A stretch of 64,000 bases of DNA, taken from positions 794 to 64,793 of the forward strand of contig CAZZGZ010000002.1 of NCBI GenBank assembly GCA_964653635.1. The letters are read 5' to 3'. A program made the position numbers and the translations under genes. This DNA is from an uncultured Lachnospiraceae bacterium. Its GTDB lineage: Bacteria > Bacillota > Clostridia > Christensenellales > UBA1242. Under the pieces are notes generated by a model, which did not search any database, had not been told where the DNA came from, and was given only the letters and a program-made list of their open reading frames with translations. Within the stretch, counting starts at the first letter, position 1; each line of letters begins with the position of its first letter. Positions 9,060-17,700 of the stretch are shown here, piece by piece.

Positions 9060-10774
9060 ATCAAAAATATTTAATAACAGCTGCACTATTATATATTAAT
9101 GGGCTTCCTCATCTTGGGCATGTGGTTGGCTGTTGGTTGCCAGGTGATGTATATAATCGTTTTCAAAATGCCGTAGGAAATGACAGCATTTACGTAAGTG
9201 GAACGGATGACCATGGGACGGCAACATTTATTTCTGCACGTGAACTAGGCGTTTCACCGAAGGAATTTATTAAAGTTATGAATGCAAAGATGAAAGAAAT
9301 TGCTGATAAACTGAATATAAAATTTGATAACTTTAGTGGGACAAGTACAGATATTCATACTCAAGTGACGTGTGATTTTTTCAATGAGTTACACAAGAAT
9401 GGATTTATATCTGAACAAAAGTCTACCATGCTTTATTGTGAACATGATAAGATTGCCCTTGCTGATAGATTTGTAATTGGCAAGTGCCCTTATTGTGGAT
9501 ATGACCATGCATATGGTGATCAATGTGATAAATGTGGTAAGAGCTATGAACTCGATGAACTCCAAAATCCAAAGTGTGGTTTTTGTGGAAATGATGCGGT
9601 TAAGAAGGATACAAAGCATCTGTATCTAGATTTAGACAAAACGGCAAATAAGCTTGATGAATGGATTGAATCTAACAAAGAGATTTGGCGTCCTCATGTT
9701 TTTTCAATGGCAAAAAGATGGATAAATGAAGGGCTTAAACCTAGATGTATCACACGTGACATTCCATGGGGTATTCAAGTACCGCTAAAAGGTTATGAGG
9801 ATAAAGTATTTTATGTTTGGTTCGACGCTCCAATAGGGTATATTTCTATTACAAAGGAATTGGGCGAAGAAGTTATGCGTGACAGATGGCAAAACAAGGA
9901 TTGTAAAATATACAATTTTATTGGTAAAGATAATATAGACTTTCACGCTGTAATCTTTCCAAGTGCTTGTATTGCGTGTGGCAAATATGAACTTGCCTCA
10001 AATGTTGTCGGTTTTAATTTTCTCAACTTTGAAGGACAAAAATTTTCAAAATCTAAAAGGATAGGTATTTTTGGCTCAGCACTACTAAATAGTGACATAG
10101 ATATAGATAGTTTACGTGCTTACCTTGTATCAATCTTTCCTGAAAATAGGGATAGTGAATTCACTTACGAAGGCTTTAAAAACAATACTAATGCGGAACT
10201 TGTGGGAAAGTTTGGCAACTTTTTCAATCGTACACTTTCTATGAATAAGAAAAATTTCGGGGGAAAATTAGGTATTGATTTTAGCGATATTAAAGGAAAT
10301 TTGAATGATTTTGATATGACAATGGTTGACGCAATCAAATCCTATCCACAAAAAATTATGGAGTTATATGACAAGACAGAGTTCAGAGGTGCATATAGAG
10401 AGATATTAAACATGGCAAGTGTAGGTAATACTTACCTTGAGAGGACTGCACCATGGAGTATGATAAAAAATGGTGATTTAGATGGAGCAAGGAAAGTGCT
10501 TTATCTATGTTTAAACATGGCAAAGTCTCTTGCCCTTTTAATGGCACCAATCATCCCAGAAAAATGTCAAAATATATACAAGCAAATAGGATTTACTGAT
10601 GATGTGCTAGGCAAAGGTGCAATGCTTAATGCGTCCTTTATTGACATTTCCAAAGATCATGAGATAAAAGAGGTATCTCCATTGTTTGCACGCATTGATG
10701 ACGAGATGATATCAAGATATAAAGAGACATTATCTCAATCGATGGAAAATAAAGATCTGTTTAAGATGTCTTGA
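9056..10774 (+). CDS. metG: Methionine--tRNA ligase (canonical copy, no C-terminal tRNA-binding domain)
   Basis: HIGH (NGLPHLGHVVG), zinc knuckles CPYCGYDHAYGDQCDKCG / CGFCG, WGIQVP, YVWFDAPIGY, and KFSKS. ATGA overlap with hisS. Confidence 0.9.
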   Translation: MNQKYLITAALLYINGLPHLGHVVGCWLPGDVYNRFQNAVGNDSIYVSGTDDHGTATFISARELGVSPKEFIKVMNAKMKEIADKLNIKFDNFSGTSTDIHTQVTCDFFNELHKNGFISEQKSTMLYCEHDKIALADRFVIGKCPYCGYDHAYGDQCDKCGKSYELDELQNPKCGFCGNDAVKKDTKHLYLDLDKTANKLDEWIESNKEIWRPHVFSMAKRWINEGLKPRCITRDIPWGIQVPLKGYEDKVFYVWFDAPIGYISITKELGEEVMRDRWQNKDCKIYNFIGKDNIDFHAVIFPSACIACGKYELASNVVGFNFLNFEGQKFSKSKRIGIFGSALLNSDIDIDSLRAYLVSIFPENRDSEFTYEGFKNNTNAELVGKFGNFFNRTLSMNKKNFGGKLGIDFSDIKGNLNDFDMTMVDAIKSYPQKIMELYDKTEFRGAYREILNMASVGNTYLERTAPWSMIKNGDLDGARKVLYLCLNMAKSLALLMAPIIPEKCQNIYKQIGFTDDVLGKGAMLNASFIDISKDHEIKEVSPLFARIDDEMISRYKETLSQSMENKDLFKMS

Positions 10775-10802
10775 AAGAAATGATGTTAATTAAGGAGAAG
10801 AG

Positions 10803-11888
10803 ATGAAAATAGGTATAGTTGGACTTCCTAATGTTGGGAAAAGTACATTATTTAATGCGATTACTCAAGCGGGAGCAGAGAGTGCAAATTATCCGTTTTG
10901 CACTATTGAACCAAATATTGGTGTTGTAGATGTACCTGATGAAAGATTGAAAGAACTTGCAAAATTGTATAACACGCAAAAAATTCTTCCAGCAAGTGTT
11001 GAGTTTGTTGATATTGCAGGACTGGTGGCGGGAGCAAGTCATGGTGAGGGTTTAGGGAACAAATTTTTAAGTCATATTCGAGAGGTAGATGCCATAGTTC
11101 ATGTTGTACGTTGTTTTGACGATAGCAATATTATACATGTGAGCGGGAGCGTTGATCCTTTACGTGATATTGAGACAATCAATATTGAACTTGCATTATC
11201 GGATTTAGAACATGTGCAGAAGTTATATGAGAAAAATGCTAAACTTTTAAAAACTGGTGATAAAACGCTTGCTGAGAGTGTGAAAATTTTAGAACAAATC
11301 AAGAATTGTCTAGAAAAAGGTGAAAAACCTAAATTTATCACAACTAGTGACGAGCAGAAAAATTATGTTAAAAATCTTAACTTGCTCTCTATGAAACCTG
11401 TCATTTTCGTAGCTAATGTTAATGATGAATTTTTAGGTGGAAATAGATATACGAAGTTAGTTGAGCAGTATGCAAGCGAGCATGAAGATAGGTGCATAAC
11501 CTTATGTGCAAGACTTGAAGAAGAATTGATAGGATTAGAGCCTGAAGAAAGAGATTTATTCAAAAAAGAATTAGGGGTAAGTGAAAGCGGACTTGATAGA
11601 TTAATTCGAGAAAGCTTTGACCTTTTAGGACTTATGACATTTTTGACGGCAGGGGAAAAAGAAGTTCGTGCGTGGACAATAGAAAAAAACACCAAAGCTC
11701 CTCAAGCGGCAGGTAAAATTCATACCGATTTTGAGAAAGGTTTTATTCGAGCAGAAATAGTTTCATATGATGATCTTATAAATGCTGGTAGTTTTGTAAA
11801 AGCTAAAGAGCAAGGTAAAGTACGTATAGAGGGGAAAGACTACGTCATGCAGGATGGAGATGTAGTGCTTTTTAGGTTTAATGTATGA
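10803..11888 (+). CDS. ychF: Ribosome-binding ATPase YchF
   Basis: P-loop GLPNVGKSTLFNA, a TGS-like C-terminus, and the ending DGDVVLFRFNV. Confidence 0.95.
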   Translation: MKIGIVGLPNVGKSTLFNAITQAGAESANYPFCTIEPNIGVVDVPDERLKELAKLYNTQKILPASVEFVDIAGLVAGASHGEGLGNKFLSHIREVDAIVHVVRCFDDSNIIHVSGSVDPLRDIETINIELALSDLEHVQKLYEKNAKLLKTGDKTLAESVKILEQIKNCLEKGEKPKFITTSDEQKNYVKNLNLLSMKPVIFVANVNDEFLGGNRYTKLVEQYASEHEDRCITLCARLEEELIGLEPEERDLFKKELGVSESGLDRLIRESFDLLGLMTFLTAGEKEVRAWTIEKNTKAPQAAGKIHTDFEKGFIRAEIVSYDDLINAGSFVKAKEQGKVRIEGKDYVMQDGDVVLFRFNV

Positions 11889-12253
11889 ACGATTATAAAA
11901 ACTTGACAAGTTTAGCACTTGCATTTGTGGGGGATGCTTATCATACCTTGTATATACGAAATAAAGTGCTAGCAGATAAAGTTAATTCACAGAAGAATTA
12001 TCATGTTAAAGCTTCAAAATATTGTAATGCTAAATCTCAAAGACAGGCATTAGAAATGGTCAGTGATATGTTGACTGATGAAGAGTTAGAAGTTGTTCGA
12101 CGGGCTCGTAATGCAAAATCAAAGCATCAAGCAAAAAATTACAGCGAAGAGGATTATAAAAAGGCGACTGCATTCGAAGCACTTATTGGATATCTTTATT
12201 TACAAAGCAATTTAGAAAGAATTGACGAATTGTTTGACAAAATATATAGTTAG
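11885..12253 (+). CDS. mrnC: Mini-ribonuclease 3
   Basis: 122 aa with LAFVGDAY...ATAFEALIGYLYL. Synteny with rlmB-sigH as in Bacillus. Confidence 0.85.
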   Translation: MNDYKNLTSLALAFVGDAYHTLYIRNKVLADKVNSQKNYHVKASKYCNAKSQRQALEMVSDMLTDEELEVVRRARNAKSKHQAKNYSEEDYKKATAFEALIGYLYLQSNLERIDELFDKIYS

Positions 12254-12262
12254 AAGGTGAAT

Positions 12263-12994
12263 ATGAAAATTGAAGGGAAAAATCAAGTTAGGCAAGCATT
12301 AAATTCTGGTACAACAATTAATAAAATAATAATTGATAAAAATTTTGCCACACGTAAGGATGATATTATTAATCTTGCAACTTCTAAAAAAATAAAAATA
12401 GAATTTCTCAGCAAGAGGGAGATGGACAAACTATCGGAGACTTCTCATCATCAAGGATACATAGCTGAAGCAGTTGATTTTAAATATAGCGAGATAAGTG
12501 ATATTTTAGCCACTGCTTACGGAAGAGGAGAAGACCCATTCGTTGTGCTTTTGGATGGCATAGAAGATCCACATAATCTTGGAGCTTGTATTCGTTCTTG
12601 TGAATGTGCAGGGGTACATGGCATCATTATTCCTAGAAATCGTGCATGTCAAGTCAATGAAACTGTTGTAAGAACCAGCGCAGGGGCAACTGCTAATATG
12701 AAAGTGGCGGTTGTGTCAAATCTTAAAGATGCAATAGATAAGCTTCGAGATGCCGGATTATGGATTTATGTTGCTGAATCGGAAGGTGAATGTGTTTATG
12801 AAAAAAATATGACTGGAGCTATCGGAATTGTTATCGGTAGTGAGGGAACGGGCGTAAAAAAGACATTAAGAAGCTACTGTGATGGAGTAGTTTCGTTGCC
12901 ACTTCTAGGCAAGGTCAACTCCTTAAATGCAAGTGTTGCTTGCGGAGTTATGGTGTTTGAAATCACTCGACAAAGGATGCAACATGTTAAATAA
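12263..12994 (+). CDS. rlmB: 23S rRNA (guanosine-2'-O)-methyltransferase, SpoU/TrmH family (RlmB/YacO)
   Basis: SpoU motifs EDPHNLGACIRS, IVIGSEGTGV, SLNASVACGVMVFE. ATG 12263 lies behind AGAAGG. Confidence 0.85.
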   Translation: MKIEGKNQVRQALNSGTTINKIIIDKNFATRKDDIINLATSKKIKIEFLSKREMDKLSETSHHQGYIAEAVDFKYSEISDILATAYGRGEDPFVVLLDGIEDPHNLGACIRSCECAGVHGIIIPRNRACQVNETVVRTSAGATANMKVAVVSNLKDAIDKLRDAGLWIYVAESEGECVYEKNMTGAIGIVIGSEGTGVKKTLRSYCDGVVSLPLLGKVNSLNASVACGVMVFEITRQRMQHVK

Positions 12995-13580
12995 AACTGA
13001 CGAATTTGATTGTGATGAATGTTTGGTCAAGGATGCTCAAAGCGGAGATGAACTTGCTGAAAACCTACTCATAGAAAATTACAAAGAGGTGGTATTAAAG
13101 ATAAGTCGTCACTACTTTCTAATTGGTGGAGAAATGGAAGATTTGGTTCAAGAAGGTATGATTGGACTTTATAAAGCAATAAAAAACTATAAAGTTGGCA
13201 ACAATACCTCATTTAAAACTTTTGCATCTCTCTGCATAAATAGACAAATTCAAACAGCGATAACAAGAGCCAATGCTAAAAAAAATACTACGCTTTCTAA
13301 TGCTTTATCACTTGCAAGTGATATAGAAGACGAAAGTGAGGAAAGTATTTATCTTATGAGTGAAGATTTACCCATAAATAAACTGATAGAAAAGGAAGAC
13401 ATGGCTAATTTGCTTGAAAAAATTACAAAGACATTGTCAAAAAAAGAAAGCAAAGTGTTAGCACTTTATCTTAAAGGCATGACTTATACTGAAATAGCAA
13501 AAACTCTTGATATAACTAACAAAAGTGTAGATAACGCTTTATCACGAATAAAGCAAAAATTAAAATTTTTAAATAATTAG
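12984..13580 (+). CDS. sigH: RNA polymerase sigma-H factor
   Basis: Region 2 EDLVQEGMIGLYKAIKNY and region 4 HTH YTEIAKTLDITNKSVDNALSRIKQKL. Conserved position after rlmB. Start at ATG 12984 (MLNKTDEF) behind AAAGGA. Confidence 0.8.
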   Translation: MLNKTDEFDCDECLVKDAQSGDELAENLLIENYKEVVLKISRHYFLIGGEMEDLVQEGMIGLYKAIKNYKVGNNTSFKTFASLCINRQIQTAITRANAKKNTTLSNALSLASDIEDESEESIYLMSEDLPINKLIEKEDMANLLEKITKTLSKKESKVLALYLKGMTYTEIAKTLDITNKSVDNALSRIKQKLKFLNN

Positions 13581-13588
13581 GAGTATTT

Positions 13589-15574
13589 ATGGAAGAAACT
13601 AAGAAATTTGATAGGTCAAGACCAGTCTTTCCTAAAAGATGTATAATAACAGGGGGCATGCCAAATGGTGGAAAACATTTGACATTTGCACATGTTGGCT
13701 TAATGCTCCGAACTGACACGTTTGCACGATTTATGCGGGATCGTATAGGAGCTGATAATGTAATTTTTGTTTCTGGTACAGATTGTTATGGTTCTCCTCC
13801 GATGGAAAAATATAGAAAATTGAAAGAAAGTGGAGAAATTCCAGATAATTTATCTTTGCATGATTTTAGTGAAAACATTTATTATGAACATGAAAAAGTG
13901 TTTCGTGATGCTGGCATTTCTTTCAATATCTATGGGGCATCGGCTTTTGGAGAAACTAAAAAAGTACATGAAAAGGTGAGCGAAGAAATCATTAAATGTC
14001 TTGCAAAAGTAGGGATGGTTGAAAAACAAGCATCTTACATGTTTTATGATGAACAAGCAAAACAAATATTGAATGGAAGGCAAGTTGTAGGGAAGTGTCC
14101 CGTAGTTGGGTGTCAAGGAGAGCATGGCTATGCAGAAACTTGCGATTTAGGGCATCAATACCTACCTGAAGACTTGATTGACCCGATAAGCACGTTGACG
14201 GGTACTGTGCCAAAACTTATCAAAGTAGAGAATTTATATTTTAAACTTGATGAATGTATAGATATTTTGACGGAATGGATAAACAAGATTGAAAAGCAAA
14301 GTGATACACCTAGTTTTATGGTCAAAGAACTTCGAGAGTTTTTAAAAAAACCTGAGATATATATAAAACGTGAATATCGCAACCTTATAGATTCTTTAAA
14401 ATTGCCTCCATATAAAATAGAAGGTAAGGAAAATGCTCCTAGTTTTGTCATGATTTTTGATAAGCTTTCACAGCGTGAGCAGGCATGTGAAATTCTTTCT
14501 CAAAATAATATCCGCTATAGAACTGGAAAGACGCTCACTCCATTTAGACTCACTGGCGACTTGCAGTGGGGGGTGCCTTGTCCTGAGATAGATGGAATAA
14601 AGGATGCTACTTTTTATGTATGGCCAGAAAGTTTATGGGCTCCTATATCGTTTACAAAAACATATCTAAATAGCAAATTTATGCCAACAGACGAATGGCG
14701 TAAATATTGGTGTAGTGACGAATCAGAGATATATCAGTTCATCGGCGAGGATAATTTGTACTTTTACGCATTAGCACAACAGGCAATGTGGCTTTACACA
14801 CAGGGGAAAAATCCGAAACTAGATGTTCCAGAGGGGGAATTGCATAATTCACGAATTATACCTATAAAAACACTTTTACTTCAAGGGGTAAAAGCAGGAA
14901 GCAGTGGTAGTGTTAGAGCACCATTAGCTGATGAGATATTGCAATATTACACTAGTGATCAATATCGAATGCACTTTTTAGGAATGAATCTTGGCAATAA
15001 TAGTGTATCATTTTTCCCTAAGGCATTTAATCCAAATGCAAAACCTGACGATGTTGACCCAGTGTTAAAAGAAGGGAACTTATTGACAAATGTGTATAAT
15101 CGTTCACTTAGGACTTTGTTTTACACACTTCAAAAAGAGTTTGACGGCATTTTGCCTAGCGGACAGATAGATGAGAATGTGACACTGGAATGTAAAAAAA
15201 TAATACTTGACTATGAAAGATTTATGTATGATAAAAAGTTTCATCAAGTTATAAATAGCCTCGATGTTTTTGTTCGTAATATAAATAAATACTGGGTTAA
15301 AAATGTTGGTGAGGCTGACAATAAAGAAAAACTTGCAAAGCTTATAATAAACACACTAGAATATATCAAAACTGCGAACATCCTTTTGCATCCAATGGCA
15401 CCTGTTGGAACGGAAAAAGTTCGTGAATATTTAGGACTAAGTGAAAAATCTTTTAGTTGGGACTATATTTTTGAACCATTTTACTATTTTCTAGATGACG
15501 CACAGGAGCATAAAGTCAAGTTTATCAAAGAAAAAGAGGATTTTTTCAAAAAACATCCTTCACAACTTATATAA
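13589..15574 (+). CDS. Divergent class-I aminoacyl-tRNA-synthetase paralog, MetRS-like
   Basis: 661 aa, collinear with MetRS (GTDCYGSP, GKCPVVGC...C, WGVPCP, YVWPE, IGEDNLYFY). HIGH reads KHLTFAHVG. The KMSKS position reads VKAGSSGS. The SD AGGAG overlaps the sigH stop. Confidence 0.7.
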   Translation: MEETKKFDRSRPVFPKRCIITGGMPNGGKHLTFAHVGLMLRTDTFARFMRDRIGADNVIFVSGTDCYGSPPMEKYRKLKESGEIPDNLSLHDFSENIYYEHEKVFRDAGISFNIYGASAFGETKKVHEKVSEEIIKCLAKVGMVEKQASYMFYDEQAKQILNGRQVVGKCPVVGCQGEHGYAETCDLGHQYLPEDLIDPISTLTGTVPKLIKVENLYFKLDECIDILTEWINKIEKQSDTPSFMVKELREFLKKPEIYIKREYRNLIDSLKLPPYKIEGKENAPSFVMIFDKLSQREQACEILSQNNIRYRTGKTLTPFRLTGDLQWGVPCPEIDGIKDATFYVWPESLWAPISFTKTYLNSKFMPTDEWRKYWCSDESEIYQFIGEDNLYFYALAQQAMWLYTQGKNPKLDVPEGELHNSRIIPIKTLLLQGVKAGSSGSVRAPLADEILQYYTSDQYRMHFLGMNLGNNSVSFFPKAFNPNAKPDDVDPVLKEGNLLTNVYNRSLRTLFYTLQKEFDGILPSGQIDENVTLECKKIILDYERFMYDKKFHQVINSLDVFVRNINKYWVKNVGEADNKEKLAKLIINTLEYIKTANILLHPMAPVGTEKVREYLGLSEKSFSWDYIFEPFYYFLDDAQEHKVKFIKEKEDFFKKHPSQLI

Positions 15575-15624
15575 TCCGTTTTGTTTTTTTAAAAAAATTA
15601 TTTATACTATAGTTAAGGAGTGTT

Positions 15625-16251
15625 ATGCTTAACTATATAATATTAGCATTGTTGTTGATTGCAAGTTTAATGTTTTTTGTAATCACTATTTTGCCTAGTA
15701 AGGAAGTAAACTATTTAAAATCTGTGAGTTTAGGACTTGCCTATTTATTGCTGATTGCAGTAACGATTGTTTCAAGTTCGCTGTTTTCTAGTATTAATTT
15801 TTATGCAATATGTATTATTATTTCTATTGTATTTATCTATATGTCGCAGTTGGAAATATTCAATGGATTTGCTAGTCTTTTCTATGCACTAGGAATGCTG
15901 ATGATTAGTATAGGAATTTGTGTAACAGAAAACAATTATAGTTTTTTTGGGTTAGTCATAGGGGTTCTTGTTGGATTAGTTGCCATGGTGGCATATTTTA
16001 GATTTTCAAAAAATTACGCTCAGGTGGAAGGATATACCCTTCTTTTTGGAGCAATAGTGCCTATTGTACAATCGGTATACATCGCATTAACAATTTCTAA
16101 TATACTGACTGGAATAGTGTTTGCAGTGGGTAGTGTTTTAAGTCTTGTGTATTCTATTATAAAGCTAACACAAAAGGCAAGTCTTGAAAAGGTTTCAAAA
16201 TTTTGTCTAATTTTATCGATAGTTTTATATATTTGTGTGATATTTTTGTAA
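15625..16251 (+). CDS. Hypothetical polytopic membrane protein
   Basis: 208 aa, about 7 hydrophobic segments, good SD (AAGGAG). No family recognised. Confidence 0.6.
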   Translation: MLNYIILALLLIASLMFFVITILPSKEVNYLKSVSLGLAYLLLIAVTIVSSSLFSSINFYAICIIISIVFIYMSQLEIFNGFASLFYALGMLMISIGICVTENNYSFFGLVIGVLVGLVAMVAYFRFSKNYAQVEGYTLLFGAIVPIVQSVYIALTISNILTGIVFAVGSVLSLVYSIIKLTQKASLEKVSKFCLILSIVLYICVIFL

Positions 16252-16286
16252 AAAAGAAATTTTTCTTTTAATTTTTGTATAAATGC

Positions 16287-16315
16287 TTGACAAAAAGGAT
16301 ATAATTTGATATGAT
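16287..16315 (+). promoter_or_regulatory. Promoter of the initiator tRNA gene
   Basis: TTGACA(16287-16292), 17-nt spacer, TGaTATGAT (extended -10, hexamer 16310-16315). The tRNA starts about 10 nt downstream. Confidence 0.6.
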
Positions 16316-16325
16316 ATAGTCATAT

Positions 16326-16402
16326 CGCAGGATGGAGCAGTTAGGAAGCTCGCCGGGCTCATAACCCGGAGGTCAATGGTTCAAATCCATTTCCTGCAAC
16401 CA
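16326..16402 (+). tRNA. Initiator tRNA-fMet (anticodon CAT), CCA encoded
   Basis: Hand-folded cloverleaf: acceptor CGCAGGA/TCCTGCA with a C1:A72 mismatch; D stem GAGC/GCTC; anticodon stem CCGGG/CCCGG (three G:C pairs next to loop CTCATAA); T arm AATGG-TTCAAAT-CCATT; discriminator A followed by CCA. Confidence 0.9.
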
Positions 16403-16757
16403 AATAGAACCTAAATTGGACTAAACGTTTAATTTAGGTTTTTTTAGGGTTATATGGCGAAGTGAAACGAGGCCATATAACTATGTTGGGGGAGGGTTCA
16501 AATCCATTTCCTGCAACCAAATAGAACCTAAATTGGACTAAACGTTTAATTTAGGTTTTTTTAGGGTTATATGGCGAAGTGAAACGAGGCCATATAACTA
16601 TGTTGGGGGAGGGTTCAAATCCATTTCCTGCAACCAAATAGAACCTAAATTGGACTAAACGTTTAATTTAGGTTTTTTTAGGGTTATATGGCGAAGTGAA
16701 ACGAGGCCATATAACTATGTTGGGGGAGGGTTCAAATCCATTTCCTGCAACCAAATA
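16378..16757 (+). repeat. Perfect 117-bp tandem repeat, about 3.25 copies; the first copy starts inside the tRNA
   Basis: GGTTCAAATCCATTTCCTGCAACCA starts at 16378, 16495, 16612 and 16729 (period 117). By eye the three full units are identical. Identity ends 4 nt after the last CCA (16753). Confidence 0.9.
16408..16445 (+). terminator. Rho-independent terminator after the tRNA (copied at 16525-16562 and 16642-16679)
   Basis: AACCTAAATT(16408-16417)/AATTTAGGTT(16431-16440) followed by a T-run. Confidence 0.75.
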
Positions 16758-16868
16758 AAAAATTGTACTTTGTACTTATTTTTAAACAAGTTCAAAAGGT
16801 ATTGCTTTTGGGCTTGTTTTCATTTTACAATCAAATGCAAGGGGAAGCATTAGTTGTAAGAAAATCAC

Positions 16869-17642
16869 TTAGAAATTTATCCATTTATGTGGTGTTGGTA
16901 CAATAACGTTAATCTCTGGATGATATTTATGTAATTTTTTTACAATCGAGTCAGTTTTAACCATATGAGTAATAGGCGGGAATGCGTTATCAAAGTGGTC
17001 AAACATGACGGCTTTTGGGTGAATAAGCTCAATTATTTTAAAGGCATAGTCACGCATGTTTGTTTTGCCTTGATAGGCTAAGATTAATAGATCGACATCG
17101 TTTGGATATTCAACAGTATTATCAATTCCGGCAGAGCCAAAAATTAAAATTTTTTTCCCTTCAATGTGTAGTTCATAGGCATATATATCACCATTTAGTG
17201 GCCATGTATTAAGGGTGTCGAGCATTTTATATGCAGTTTTAAAGTGGAACCAGGTTCTTAGCGATAAAAATATTCTAAGTACCACGCCTATGTCATTTTC
17301 GCAATGGGACGCTTTATGTGCGATAATTTCAATATCGTTTATTTTTATGAGCTTTTTAGGGCTAATTACGTTAATATATTTAGTATCAACTCTGTGATAC
17401 TCTAAAAGTATTTTGGAAGTTTTTGTGCAAAATATTTTGCTTTGTGGGTTAAACTGTATAACTCTTGGCACATCAAACAAATGGTCAAAATGTGAGTGTG
17501 TTACAAATATAGAATCAAGATTTTTAAACACATCATCGTTATAGGTATTTTTCTTGTTACGTGAATAAAAGGGGTCAATAGCATATCTTTTCCCATTCGA
17601 CTTGATTATTAAAGATGCACATGCAAGCCATTTAATTTTCAT
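16869..17642 (-). CDS. MBL-fold metallo-hydrolase
   Basis: 257 aa with the metallo-beta-lactamase motif VTHSHFDHL. No SD. Confidence 0.8.
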   Translation of the reverse strand: MKIKWLACASLIIKSNGKRYAIDPFYSRNKKNTYNDDVFKNLDSIFVTHSHFDHLFDVPRVIQFNPQSKIFCTKTSKILLEYHRVDTKYINVISPKKLIKINDIEIIAHKASHCENDIGVVLRIFLSLRTWFHFKTAYKMLDTLNTWPLNGDIYAYELHIEGKKILIFGSAGIDNTVEYPNDVDLLILAYQGKTNMRDYAFKIIELIHPKAVMFDHFDNAFPPITHMVKTDSIVKKLHKYHPEINVIVPTPHKWINF

Positions 17643-17648
17643 GTACTT

Positions 17649-17676
17649 ATTATATCACATTTTTATTAAATATCAA
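17649..17676 (-). promoter_or_regulatory. Promoter of the MBL hydrolase gene; leaderless candidate
   Basis: Minus strand: TTGATA(17676-17671), 16-nt spacer, TGaTATAAT (hexamer 17654-17649), then AAGTAC and ATG at 17642. Confidence 0.55.
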
Positions 17677-17700
17677 GAAAAAAGACCAGGATTGGTCTTT
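17675..17700 (-). terminator. Rho-independent terminator of the coiled-coil gene
   Basis: Plus-strand AAGACCA(17682-17688)/TGGTCTT(17693-17699). On the minus strand it directly follows the TAA stop and is followed by TTTTTTCTT. Confidence 0.7.

Noticed and set aside
9050-9062. Alternative genetic code (TGA=Trp, Mollicutes-like), considered because of the very low GC content
   Set aside because: TGA terminates well-defined genes (hisS at 9057-9059, sigH neighbours, ftsH). Trp in conserved motifs is encoded by TGG. All housekeeping ORFs are full length under code 11.
12927-12983. N-terminal extensions suggested by the ORF track: sigH from 12927, 43439 for the 43529 gene, 32598 for the 32634 lipoprotein, 3007 for holB, 60472 for DUF421 and 56827 for the DedA-like gene
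   Set aside because: The extensions overlap the preceding gene or lie upstream of or across the predicted promoter. They add non-conserved residues before a canonical N-terminus or signal peptide. Several use TTG or GTG codons without an SD.
16378-16757. Could the 117-bp periodic array be a CRISPR array?
   Set aside because: The whole 117-bp unit is identical between copies, so there are no variable spacers. The repeated core is a tRNA 3' end plus a terminator. No cas genes are present.
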